A DNA stretch of 63,275 nt, counting the filler, from Octopus bimaculoides (lineage: Eukaryota): assembly GCF_001194135.2 (NCBI RefSeq). It is 6 parts of 6 records of this genome, joined end to end, with 100 filler letters (N's around TTAATTAATTAA, not from the genome) between each part and the next. Parts side by side here need not be neighbours in the genome. Positions count along the whole stretch, not along the records: positions 25,533 to 47,403 come from NC_068984.1; positions 47,504 to 53,550 come from NC_069000.1; 4 more parts are not named here. One strand, given 5' to 3'. The position numbers and the translations under genes were made by a program. The notes under the pieces were generated by a model that saw nothing but the letters and a program-made list of their open reading frames with translations, did not search any database and was not told where the DNA came from. The stretch's first letter is position 1. Each line of letters starts with the position of its first letter. This document shows, piece by piece, positions 39,933 through 52,149 of the stretch.

Positions 39933-40668
39933 AAAACAAGAGAAAGAGTATGCATTTTGCCATACATTTGTATTGTAAGATTGTCCTTCATAGGTCAGAT
40001 TCTCCTAAGAGTAATGCTAGTTCAAGAGTTTCTAGTTTTATGAAGGTTTTGCTGCACACACGCATACATACACAAACAAACACACACACATATATGTATG
40101 TATATTGATAGATAATAAATAGATATACAGGTGTATATACATATGTATAAATATATATAGTTTTAGGGAAAATAACCAAGTTTCAAGAACTCATCGATGA
40201 AAATCCACTATCACATATAGAAAAATTAACAATTAAAAGCACAATAAATATATTTTATATACATTTATATATATTTTATCTATAAAGCTCAATTTAATTT
40301 TATTTTTTTATAAATTGATTTCAATTGAGTCTTTACCTGTAATTTTGGATTTTTTCCCTAATATTATTATAATCATATGTATAAATATATAAATACAAAT
40401 ATATCTGTATGTACATACATACACATGCACATACATACACACAAATAAATACATGAGTGAGTTGAGAGTGAGAGAGAAAGATACATGTAACATCATCATC
40501 ATTTAATGTCCAAATACATAAAAATTATACAATTAGAGATTGGGAGCAAAACCACAAACAGCTGATGGTATTCAAAATATAAACCATTTTACACCGGCAG
40601 ATAAAATTACCAATTTATTTGTGAGTCGCCAGTACTAAAACAGTTAACTCAACATGGACATCACATAC

Positions 40669-40692
40669 CTTTTTGTTTTGCTCTGGAATTTG
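40669..40692 (-). CDS. Candidate micro-exon (24 nt; 14-nt alternative)
   Basis: CT-rich tract and gaag acceptor, CAAATTCCAGAGCAAAACAAAAAG, strong donor AAG|gtatgt. Confidence 0.3.
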
Positions 40693-40899
40693 CTTCAAAT
40701 TAACAGAGAGAGAGAGATGGGGAAGTAAGGAGCTAATTGTGATCTTAATGGCAACCCTATATTCCAAGTAGAGAAAATCAGGGTGGATCACTTCCTGTTA
40801 ATGTGTTTGTTGTTATTGCTAAGTCTCATATTATTATTTATAAATGTATAATATTTCATATCTTTTATGATAAATATCTCAGCTGATACAGAACAATTA

Positions 40900-41300
40900 G
40901 CATCGTTCTCTCATCTATTCCTCACTTCCCACTCTCCCACATACTATCACAACTTCCACCCATGCACACGCTTGGTTCTCCTGTCCACACTCACTTCGGC
41001 TCACCTTGTATCCTGAGAGTTCATACAAACACCTCATCACAAATATATTTTCATCTCTTTCCATCTCTTCTTCCTGAACACTCCCTACCTCTCATCTAAA
41101 ATGTGAATTGTCATGTAGCTCCTCTACAATAAGAATACCTGTTCTACTTTGGCCATTTGGTTGCACAAAATAGTTTTGATATTATTTGGAATCCTTTGCC
41201 ACATGTTCTGAGTTCTGAGAGACAATCAAATGTCTTCACATGTTTTACTTTGTCAAATGCCTGTAGTGAGGTCTCTTCCAAGATTCGAAACCACCTTATG
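40900..41300 (-). mobile_element. RTE LINE RT fragment
   Basis: Minus translation QAFDKVKH...KGFQIISKLF. Confidence 0.6.
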
Positions 41301-41994
41301 CAAATTTCTAATTAGAACCTCAGTTTAAACAGATTTCTAGACAAGACACTAATGTGGACTTGATTTGGCCAATGACGTGACATGGTTGATGCAGTAAAAT
41401 TTAAAGAAAGCATGTGAGTTTTTCTACTAAATAATTTGATTGAAAGTTCTAGAAATTTTTGCCAAACATTATATAAATCTAGTGAATTAAACCCATGGAA
41501 ACAAGTTGCTTTTTGCACAAGATATTCTCTCACCTCCTTTCTACATATCCTTATTTAACATGCTTGTGTCATGCTCAACAAACAGTAAAGATGTTGAGTT
41601 GTACTGATGAATCATGTATGCATTACTTATATGTAATAGTTCTCAATCTTTCTACTTATTCTGTCTGCAATAACTATGAACTATTTTCATATCATTATAT
41701 AGCATATTGTATTACATAAGACTTTTAACTATGCCATTCTATATCTCATGGATGTTGTTTCATTTAACCAAATACTTGTATGCATGTAAAAGCAAATGTT
41801 TTGGTTAATAAAGATATATGAAAACTCAAATAAATATCAGTATGCTCTTTCTCACTTTCACACACATTCGATCTTATACTGTGTATTACTAACAATGAAT
41901 TAATCACTAAGATCCTCAAAATGCTTTTGCATAATAAATGAAACATATATAAGTATTGATTTATATGGAAAGCTCATTTCCATTCTTTTATTCC

Positions 41995-42398
41995 TTTATT
42001 CTTTCACTTGTTTCAGTCATTTGATTACGGCCATACTGGAGCACTGCCTTAAAGGGTCTTCTTAGTTGAAGAAATCAACCTCAGGACTTATTCTTTGTAA
42101 GCCTAGTACTTGCTCTATTGGTCTCTTTTGCCAAACCACTAAGTTACAAGGCCGTAAACAAACCAGCATCAGTTGTCAAGCGATGGGAGGAGAACAAACA
42201 GAGAAACACACACACATATACACACACACACACATGATGGGCTTCTTTCAGTTTCCATTTACCAAACTCACTCACAAGGCTTTGGTCAGCCCATGGCTAT
42301 AGTAGCAGACACTTACCCAAGCTGCCACACAGTAGGTGAACCCAGAACCATGTGAGTTGGCAGCAAGCTTCTTACCACACAGCAACGCCTGCACCTAT
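41995..42398 (-). mobile_element. SINE family A, full length (CpG-decayed)
   Basis: Colinear with 34215-34627. Confidence 0.85.
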
Positions 42399-42419
42399 AG
42401 CCCCTTTGGCTGGATATTC

Positions 42420-43000
42420 CTTGAAGAGTTCCTGGTCTAAATCAACTTTGTTGTTCATTTATTCTGGCTTTAATTCTTTGTAGGAAGTATTTTTTCCAAG
42501 CTAGTTTAGTCACATGATTTGTCAGTCTTAAGGGTCAAAACTTTGAGCAGTTTTCTGTCTTTTCTTTGTGTTTTTGTAATGGAGCGAATATATATTATTT
42601 CATCTCAGGTGTCTATTCATCCTCACTCATTTAAGACATTACATAAAACTGCCATAAAATCTAAGATATGATTTTCAAATAATTCGTACATTATTTCATC
42701 TGCCATCCATCAAATTTACTGTCTTTCCTACTTCTTATGTGTGGTGTAAGTTTGTGAGAAACAATAGCCATCTAGAACAATTTATATCACTTGTCTCATC
42801 ATGATGTTCTCTCTCTCTCTTTCACTTTTCTTATGTAACATTCTTATATAATATTCAACAAAAGGTTCCAACCTTAACTTGTAGAGCTGAGAAATATGTT
42901 AATTATAGGCAGTGATTTAAATTCCTTGCGCTACTTTGTAATGTTTTCGTGCAAATCAAATACCAAAAGATTCCTAACCATTATGTTTGTTGAAGTTATT
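42420..43000 (-). mobile_element. RTE LINE RT fragment
   Basis: Minus fragments HVTKLAWKK and LQRIKARINEQQS*FRPG. Confidence 0.55.
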
Positions 43001-43024
43001 CTATAGCTTACTGGATGTACATAT

Positions 43025-43412
43025 ACTCTTTTAATCTTTTACTTGGTTCAATCATTTGACAGCAGCCATGCTGGAGCACCACCTTTAGTTGAGCAAATCG
43101 ACCTCGGGACTATTTTTTGTAAGCTTAGTACTTATTCTCTTGGTCTCTTTTGCCAAACCACTAAGTTACAGGGAGTTAAGCACATCAGCATCGATTGTCA
43201 AGCAAAGGTAGGAGGATAAAAACAGATACACAGCTACATATACACACACACACACACATATATATGTATATGGCAGGCTTCTTTCAGTTTCCTCTACCAA
43301 ATCCACTCATAAGGCTTTGGTCAATCCAAGACTAGAGTAGAAGACACGTGCCCAAGGTGTCACACAGTAGAACTGAACCTGGAACCATGTGGGTGGGAAG
43401 CAAGCTACTAAC
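43025..43412 (-). mobile_element. SINE family A, full length (CpG-decayed)
   Basis: Colinear with other copies. Confidence 0.85.
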
Positions 43413-43583
43413 CATAGAACCATGCCTGCACCCAGCATGTAAATTTAACAGTGGGACTGAACCAGGAACCAAGTAGTTGGGAAGCAAACTACTTACCACA
43501 CCTGTGCCTATGCAAATTAATAAAATATTTGAAAACTCAATAATCAAACTTTAGTGTCATCATTGTCTATGCATGCAACTTAC

Positions 43584-43629
43584 CTCACATTGTGAGCAGT
43601 CAAAGAAAAATGTATGACCAACCAACATA
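43584..43629 (-). CDS. Candidate exon (46 nt)
   Basis: ttttttag|TATGTTGG...CAATGTGAG|gtaagt, near-consensus sites. Open frames MLVGHTFFFDCSQCE or CWLVIHFSLTAHNV. Confidence 0.45.
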
Positions 43630-43649
43630 CTAAAAAACTATTTAACCAT

Positions 43650-44420
43650 GACAAATATTCTATGCAGCAATCACTGACAAATTTATGATAAAGGAGTCCA
43701 AGTGACATAACAAGAAATTACATAGACTGATAAACCGATAGTTTAGAAATTGTGGAACTAGCATAAATATAGCCTGGAGCAGATATTCATCCAGGCTATA
43801 ATCCAGTGATAATTAAATTAAAAATCAAACTTAGAGAAATGAAAATAGCTAAAAGATGAGAACAGTAAAATGTAAACCTTGCAAAAATACAGACAAAAAT
43901 TTGTATATATAGAAATATAAAGTGGAAATATGAACACAAGTATGAATATTTACACAATGAATGGCAAGAAATATGAAGAGGTTATAATAAAGAATGTATA
44001 GAAGACAAATGGAATACAATTAAAATTTGCATGCAAACATCGCTAAAGAAAACAATGCCTGAAAGGGAAAAGAAAACAAGAAGAAGAAAATATAAAAATG
44101 GATGACTGATGAAATTCTATCAAAAATGGAAGAAAGAAAGAATAAATAAAAGAGGTTTGTTATGAATGTAGAAAACAAAAACACAACAATAACAAAAGGC
44201 GAAATGGCTGGATGATCAATAGCAAGTAGTTGAAAAACATAACAAGTAACATAAATCTAAAGAAAATGTATGACAAAATAAATGAGATAACAAACAACAA
44301 ATGCACGAGCAAACAAAGTGGTAACATTAAGGACAAAAATGGAAACATACCGTTTGATCAAAAGCAGATTGCATCTAGATAGGGAGTGGGTCGGGGTGGG
44401 GGTGGAGGAATACAATATAT
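43650..44420 (+). mobile_element. RTE LINE remnant (end of endonuclease and linker)
   Basis: ADIHPGYNPVIIKLKIKL and KDKNGNIPFDQKQIASR match RTE APE-end and linker motifs. Confidence 0.65.
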
Positions 44421-45143
44421 ATAAAATAACTAACTCTACCAGGATGGAAACATACTGCCTATGCCTAATTTTCAAGCTGCTAATGGAAACAGAATCTTGA
44501 ATACCTTGCTTAAGACACTTGGAAATAAAATAAAATTACTTATATGTAATATATACACATACATATATATATATATATATATANNNNNNNNNNNNNNNNN
44601 NNNNNNNNNNNNNNNNNNNNNNNNNNNNNNNNNNNNNNNNNNNNNNNNNNNNNNNNNNNNNNNNNNNNNNNNNNNNNNNNNNNNNNNNNNNNNNNNNNNN
44701 NNNNNNNNNNNNNNNNNNNNNNNNNNNNNNNNNNNNNNNNNNNNNNNNNNNNNNNNNNNNNNNNNNNNNNNNNNNNNNNNNNNNNNNNNNNNNNNNNNNN
44801 NNNNNNNNNNNNNNNNNNNNNNNNNNNNNNNNNNNNNNNNNNNNNNNNNNNNNNNNNNNNNNNNNNNNNNNNNNNNNNNNNNNNNNNNNNNNNNNTGTGT
44901 TTACTTCCCTGTAACTTAGTGGTTCGGCAAAAAGAGACCAATAGAATAAGTACTAGGTTTACAAAGAATAAGTCCTGGGGTCAATTTGCTCGACTAAAGG
45001 CGGTGCTCCAGCATGGCCGCAGTCAAATGACAGAAACAAGTAAAAGAGTAAAATAGTATATATATGGAAGTGTATCGGATTGTTTGCATGGCTGTTACTG
45101 TATGTGCAGAACAGTTTTATAAGACATCCATTTGAGATATATG

Positions 45144-45187
<44 letters not shown>

Positions 45188-45654
45188 TGCATACACAAGC
45201 ACACACATATGCAATAACTGCACATATATTCTTATATTGTCTTTATCAGGTTTAAAACCTGACTGCATATAAATAGTGTAATTCTCTCTTGAATCTCTTT
45301 ATTATTCAGCTGATGAGATATTTTTTTAAGAATGCTATAAAATCAGAAATGTGCTAATCTCTAGTGAAGATACAAGAAAAATGGTGATGCTTTCTTTGAC
45401 ATTAACTGTTAACCACTTGTCCCATAGCTCTGCATTTTTGAAGATATATGGAATATAAAAGTCCATTAGTTGAAAATTGGGAAAGGTTAAGTGACAAGAA
45501 GGGTATCTGGTTGTAATGCAAGGTTTCAGTATGTATACAATCACTCAGCATGATGAAACAGAGGTAAATTAAAGAACATAAAACACACATATATACATAT
45601 ATGTTATGCATAAGTGAGTCTCATCTGCGTATTGAAGGTTATTGATGATCATAT

Positions 45655-45875
45655 AAACATCATGTTACCTTCTTGGGTCATGCCAACTCATAAGGGCTGG
45701 TTTCCCAGTTTTATGGCATATAAATTCCCCACCTGGATGGGACGCCAGTCCATTGCAGGATTACTCATTTTTGCCAGCTGTGTAGACTGGAGCAATGTGA
45801 AATGAAGTATTTTGCTCAAGAACACAACATGTCACCCAGTCCAGGAATTGAAACTACAATCTTATGAACATGAGG
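45655..45875 (-). mobile_element. tRNA SINE (family C-related head), CpG-decayed
   Basis: ttttgccagctg...gactggagcaatgtgaaatgaagtattttgctcaag...ccaggaattgaaact is the reverse complement of the 28796 head. Confidence 0.7.
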
Positions 45876-45893
45876 TGCAGAAGAATTTGTGTG

Positions 45894-46293
45894 GAGGCAC
45901 AGGAGTATTTATGTGGTAAGTGGCTTGCCTACTAAGCACATAGTTCCAGGTTCAGTCCCACTACATGGCACCTTGGGCAAGTGTCTTCTACTATAGCATC
46001 GGGCCGATCAAAGCCTTGTGAGTGGATTTGGTAGACGGAAACTGAAAGTAGCCCGTTGCATATATGTGTGTGTGTATGTGTGTGTGCGTGTATGTGTCTT
46101 TGTTTGTCCCCCCCAACATTGCTTGACAACCAATGCTGGTGTGTTTGCATCCCTGTGAGTTAGTGGTTTGGCAAAAGAGACCGATAGAATAAATATTAGG
46201 CTTTCAAAGAATAAGTTCTGGGGATGATTTGCTCGACTTAAGGCAGTGCCCCAGCAAGGCTACAGTCAGATGACTGTACGAAGTAAAAGAGAA
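45894..46293 (+). mobile_element. SINE family A, full length (CpG-decayed)
   Basis: Colinear with 39541-39932. Confidence 0.85.
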
Positions 46294-46419
46294 AAGAATG
46301 AGTCTGACACCTTATCCACTAAGCCATGTACCTCCACTGATGATCGTATCCCCTATTGATAACCCTGGCATAATCTCTGCTTCTCTGAAGACCTCCTCAA
46401 TATGTGTTAATATAAATTT

Positions 46420-46661
46420 TAGCACAAGGCTTGGAATTTGATGGGGACAGGGGCTAGTCTATACAATCGACCTCAATATGCAAACTGGTACTTTATTGAG
46501 CCTGAAATGATAAAAGGCAAAGTCAACCTTGGTGGAATTTGATCTCAGAACATATATATTTCATTATTGCTCTTGGGGGGCTAAAAATAGAGGGGACAAC
46601 AAATGAAATGCAGCTAAGCATTTTTGCCTGGCACGCTAGTAATTCTGCCAGGTTGTCACCT
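46420..46661 (-). mobile_element. SINE family B (CpG-decayed, with small insert)
   Basis: aaagtcaaccttggtggaatttgatctcagaac. Confidence 0.75.
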
Positions 46662-46664
46662 TAA

Positions 46665-46699
<35 letters not shown>

Positions 46700-46944
46700 C
46701 AACAACAAAAACAATAATAATAAATAAGAGTAAAAACGGGAACTAAAGTTAATGGCTAAATGATTGGGCAAAATCAATTTTTATCCCATTGCTACAAGGA
46801 ATAGAAAAATGGTTATCTAAAGCAATGCTAAAACAACTAAAATTGTGAACTGCACTGATCAATCATGCTAGTAAAATCCAATTTAAGATCATTGATGAAA
46901 GCATTTAAAATCAAATTCTCACTATCATCCTCATAATCATCATC

Positions 46945-47170
46945 ATCATCAGTTTTAAAGTCCACTTTTACAAACTTGCATGGGTCAGATGGAATTCAAC
47001 GAGGCAGAGTTTTCTAAGTCAGATGCCCTTTCTTTAACCAACAGTCATCTGTTTCCAAGTAAGATAATATTTTCCTAATAGCCAGACATTGTTTCTCATG
47101 GAAGACTAGAAATGTAGAACACTGTTGTATGATGGTGATGTTGGTTTTATGAACATCATCTGATGTCACG
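46945..47170 (-). mobile_element. SINE family D fragment
   Basis: catcatcatcagttttaaagtccacttt...gcatgggtcagatgg...cagatgccctttc. Confidence 0.6.
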
Positions 47171-47503
47171 ACAAGAGTATACTCACTCATATATATATAT
47201 ATATATGTTTCTCTCTATTTTTCTTTTTTCTTTGTGACAGAATATATTTGCAGCTGAAGATAGCTTTAAACCATCCTGTATATCAATTATATACTCATAT
47301 AATGATGCAACAACTGTTTGTGTATAAAGCTTGAAAGACATGTACCATGGAATCCTTTGTATTTTGTTTTAATTTTATGTTTTAATATACATATATATAT
47401 ATANNNNNNNNNNNNNNNNNNNNNNNNNNNNNNNNNNNNNNNNNNNNTTAATTAATTAANNNNNNNNNNNNNNNNNNNNNNNNNNNNNNNNNNNNNNNNN
47501 NNN

Positions 47504-47535
<32 letters not shown>

Positions 47536-48314
47536 AGTATTTATAGATACATATGTTTATATAGGTATGACTTTAAACTGCAGCCCAGTCCATTCAGTGT
47601 TGCAGTCTAACAAGATAGATGGCGACGCTGAAAAGTTATTTTCTCCATGGTAACTGCAGTGTATTTGCCTTTTAGCAGTTGAAATATGTTACAGACTTAT
47701 TCTAACTAACCTAAATTTTGCATTTTGCATTCCTACATGGAACCCATTCAATTCTTATTCAGATTTATTGCCCTGCTAGACAGGATCAAGTTTCCACCAA
47801 ATATTAATTTATATTTATACATATTACAAAGCCAGAAAAAAACTAAGTTGTTCTCGTTCTAACTCCGCCCACTGTGATCGTATATTTATTTCTTTATTGT
47901 TCACAGGGGAGCTAAAAATAGAGGGGACAAACAAGGACAGACAAAGGCTTAAGTCGATTTCACTGACCCCGAAAGGATGAAAGGCAAAGCCGACCTCAGC
48001 GGAGTTTGAACTCAGAACGTAACGGCAGACAAAATACCACTTAGCATTTCGCCCCAGTGTGCTAACTGTAATTGTATATTGGATGCATTTATCTTGGCAC
48101 CATTACTAGAGAGTTTTTGTTCTCAAAGAGACCAAATATTGTTCTCTACACAATATAGGTGCAGGAGTGGCTGTGTGGTAAGAAGCTTGCTTCCCACCCA
48201 CATGGTTCTAGGTTCAGTTCCCACTGTGTGGCACATTGGGCAAGTATCTTCTTCCATAGCCTTGGGCTGACCAAAGCCTTGTGAGTGGATTTGGTAGACA
48301 AAAACTGAAAGAAT

Positions 48315-48585
48315 GCCTAGCGTTCTACCTCAGATTTGCGTTTGACCGTACGGCTTTTGAATGTTGTTTTCACTGTCCATTTTTTCCTGTCTTGGTTTGT
48401 GTTTGCCACCTTGGAATCCTCTGTGTAGTGGGTTGATCCACTACTCAGGAAGAGACTATTCTAGAGTACGTTCTGTCTTGTCTTCGAAACGTCTAGATAG
48501 AATAGAGACAGCTGATGAAGGGATATTCCAAGTGGCTTTCTGTTGTCTGTAGTTTATTGTTCTAACGTCCTGTACCCTGATATGC
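48315..48585. mobile_element. Probable Penelope-like pLTR fragment with degenerate hammerhead-like words
   Basis: ctcaggaagagac...gtcttcgaaacgtctag...gctgatgaagg. The GAAACGTC and CTGATGAAG words are typical of PLE termini. Confidence 0.45.
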
Positions 48586-50046
48586 ATGTATATACACATG
48601 TAGATGTAAGTATGTACATATATGTGTGTATACATGTATATATATTCTTTGTATTNNNNNNNNNNNNNNNNNNNNNNNNNNNNNNNNNNNNNNNNNNNNN
48701 NNNNNNNNNNNNNNNNNNNNNNNNNNNNNNNNNNNNNNNNNNNNNNNNNNNNNNNNNNNNNNNNNNNNNNNNNNNNNNNNNNNNNNNNNNNNNNNNNNNN
48801 NNNNNNNNNNNNNNNNNNNNNNNNNNNNNNNNNNNNNNNNNNNNNNNNNNNNNNNNNNNNNNNNNNNNNNNNNNNNNNNNNNNNNNNNNNNNNNNNNNNN
48901 NNNNNNNNNNNNNNNNNNNNNNNNNNNNNNNNNNNNNNNNNNNNNNNNNNNNNNNNNNNNNNNNNNNNNNNNNNNNNNNNNNNNNNNNNNNNNNNNNNNN
49001 NNNNNNNNNNNNNNNNNNNNNNNNNNNNNNNNNNNNNNNNNNNNNNNNNNNNNNNNNNNNNNNNNNNNNNNNNNNNNNNNNNNNNNNNNNNNNNNNNNNN
49101 NNNNNNNNNNNNNNNNNNNNNNNNNNNNNNNNNNNNNNNNNNNNNNNNNNNNNNNNNNNNNNNNNNNNNNNNNNNNNNNNNNNNNNNNNNNNNNNNNNNN
49201 NNNNNNNNNNNNNNNNNNNNNNNNNNNNNNNNNNNNNNNNNNNNNNNNNNNNNNNNNNNNNNNNNNNNNNNNNNNNNNNNNNNNNNNNNNNNNNNNNNNN
49301 NNNNNNNNNNNNNNNNNNNNNNNNNNNNNNNNNNNNNNNNNNNNNNNNNNNNNNNNNNNNNNNNNNNNNNNNNNNNNNNNNNNNNNNNNNNNNNNNNNNN
49401 NNNNNNNNNNNNNNNNNNNNNNNNNNNNNNNNNNNNNNNNNNNNNNNNNNNATATATATATATATATATATACGTAAAATATATAGGGTAGCAAATATTT
49501 TTCAGAAATTTCACTACCAGTGGCCTAGCATGTATAAAAAAATCAATAGACAACATAGTCTCAATATATAATAGTGTACTTTTAAACACAAAAGAAACTA
49601 CCTATAATAGATAATTTTCAATGCGAGAAAATAAGAGATTAAAAGCATACGGGGGGGGGCAAGGACATGTGTCTTGCTGTGCAGTCGATACATGGGTATC
49701 TCAGTTGGAAATGAAAGGAGTGTGGGTTAGAGAGTAAGATACAGAAAACATATGATTCAGGGAGTGAACTAAAGAGAGCAATAGTGAGAGAGATGGTGGT
49801 GAAGATGTGTTGGGATATGACTTCGAGAGACATTAGGTGGTACAGAGGTTAGGACTGGGTGGTGAGAGCTAGTGAGGTGGTACANNNNNNNNNNNNNNNN
49901 NNNNNNNNNNNNNNNNNNNNNNNNNNNNNNNNNNNNNNNNNNNNNNNNNNNNNNNNNNNNNNNNNNNNNNNNNNNNNNNNNNNNCGTATGTATGTTTGTC
50001 ATGTATGTGGGCGGTATATATATGTAAGGTGTGTATATATATCTCC

Positions 50047-50337
50047 TCATGTCACAGCTTTGTGATGTTCCTCTACTCTTATTTTGAGGGGGCGATATGT
50101 TTCGCCTTTGTATAACCTACCACAGCTGCATGGGATGGAGTACACACAGGTTTTGGTCATATTCTCTTCTATTGGTGGTTTTATTCGAAGGAGATATTTG
50201 CGAAGTGTTGTATTACTCTTGAATACTGTCCTGATGTCATATGGACTGCATATCTTTTGTATCTTTTCGGAGAGGCCTTTCACATAGGATGACAGACTGT
50301 TGACAGTTTTTTTTGCCTCATCCTCTCTCTTCTTCAT
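50047..50337 (-). mobile_element. Penelope-like element, GIY-YIG endonuclease fragment
   Basis: SYVKGLSEKIQKICSPYDIRTVFKSNTTLRK...CVYSIPCSCGRLYKGETYRPLKIRVEEHHKAV is the PLE GIY-YIG signature. Confidence 0.92.
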
Positions 50338-50594
50338 AATCGAATTAAATGCACTCCATTTATGGCCAAAAAACTGAAATAAATTCCACTCAGAATGAAG
50401 TAACTTTTCAGGTCTTTATAAATTCAAATAACGTATCCTACTATTTAAATAATATAAATAAAATAAAATAGGAATAAAGTAGAAATATCCGCACAAGTAG
50501 GAAAGCTATTATTAGTACAATACATAAAATGTGAAGGTTTAATAATAATAATAATAATCATTCAAGTTAAAGGCCTAACTTGAATGATTATTAT

Positions 50595-50900
50595 TATTAA
50601 ACCTAAAGGACACGTCTGAAACAGCTGTAGTGAAACAGCCCATCCATGTTATAGTTTATTCTCCACCTAACTCGGAACCTTCCATGCGTTTTGATCCGGA
50701 ACCTATAGTCGACTGTGTGACTTTGATGACACGTTGTGTATTCTGTCAATACTTGTGAATGTGTACGTAACTGGAGTGACAAATCCCTATTCATTTTAGA
50801 ACGCACGTATGTGTCAACACATAACTGCGCTGGTTCGCTGTCTCCGACTCTACCTTGATGTTTTTATTGTTTAAATACCCGATTCGATCGGTTCCTGAAA
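50595..50900. mobile_element. Probable Penelope pLTR with a decayed hammerhead
   Basis: aaacctaaaggacacgtctgaaacagctgtagt, next to the GIY-YIG fragment. Confidence 0.45.
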
Positions 50901-50939
50901 ATACATACATACGTGTGTGTGTGTGTGTATGTATGTTCT

Positions 50940-51135
50940 TTCTTTTATTCTTTTACTTGTGTGTCATTTGACTGCGGCCATACTGGGGCTACCGCCTTAA
51001 AGGGTTGTAGTCGAACAATCGACCCTCGGACTTTTTTTTTAAGCCTCGTATTTATTCTGTCGACCCTTTTGATGAACCGCTCAGTTACGGGGACGTAAAC
51101 ACACCAACACCGGTTGTCAAACGGTGATGGTAACA
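50940..51135 (-). mobile_element. SINE family A 3' half (CpG-retaining)
   Basis: gtcatttgactgcggccatactgggg...cggggacgtaaacacaccaacaccggttgtc. Confidence 0.8.
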
Positions 51136-51276
51136 CACACGTGCACATACATGTGTAATAAGATAACGAGAGAGTTATGTGTGCATAAAACGAAAAATGT
51201 TATGTTTCTTAAAAAAAAAAATGTTATTGGCTATTAACAAGTTTGAATCAGATTGATAACGAGTGTTGTGTTAATT

Positions 51277-51334
51277 ATGATTTATTGTTGAAACAACTCC
51301 TTGGAAGTATTAGATCTGGAACACTATTAAATTT
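51277..51334. repeat. 58-bp perfect inverted repeat, left arm (partner 52816-52873)
   Basis: Base-by-base identical to the reverse complement of 52816-52873. Confidence 0.95.
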
Positions 51335-52149
51335 CATACTCCATAAAAAAACCCACAAAAACCAACTATCAAATTCAGTATAGGATGTCAGTTAAAATAG
51401 AATTACGTGATTAAGAAAACAATGGAAATCTAAATCTAGGTCAAGATTGTATCAGAAAAGTATTTTAAAAATATGAATGTAAGTCATCGACGTTGTGTTA
51501 TATTTAATAATACAACGTCGATTTGCTCGACTAAAGGTGGTGCTCCAGCATGGCCGCAGTCAAATGACTGAAACAAGTAAAAGAGTAAAAGAGTATATAT
51601 GTTAGGGACGACCGTGCGAACTCATAAAAGGAGATATGGTGACGAATGGAAAAACAGGACTCCTTTTATTTAAACGTGTCACACGGTCGAACACAAAAAT
51701 ATATATCAAATGATGTATATAGATGATATGTTATGCGTCGATAACATAGATGACCAGTAATGAAAGACCACAACCGTATAAGATGAACAACAGAGATATT
51801 TATTGTAGCGTTAAAGATGTATGTCTGTGTGAGAGTGTGAATGCGACATATAAGAACATAATCAAAGACAGGCCGTCGTACAAAGAAAAGTNNNNNNNNN
51901 NNNNNNNNNNNNNNNNNNNNNNNNNNNNNNNNNNNNNNNNNNNNNNNNNNNNNNNNNNNNNNNNNNNNNNNNNNNNNNNNNNNNNNNNNNNNNNNNNNNN
52001 NNNNNNNNNNNNNNNNNNNNNNNNNNNNNNNNNNNNNNNNNNNNNNNNNNNNNNNNNNNNNNNNNNNNNNNNNNNNNNNNNNNNNNNNNNNNNNNNNNNN
52101 NNNNNNNNNNNNNNNNNNGTGTGGTACACGGAACAGTTCTCAAAGAGAA

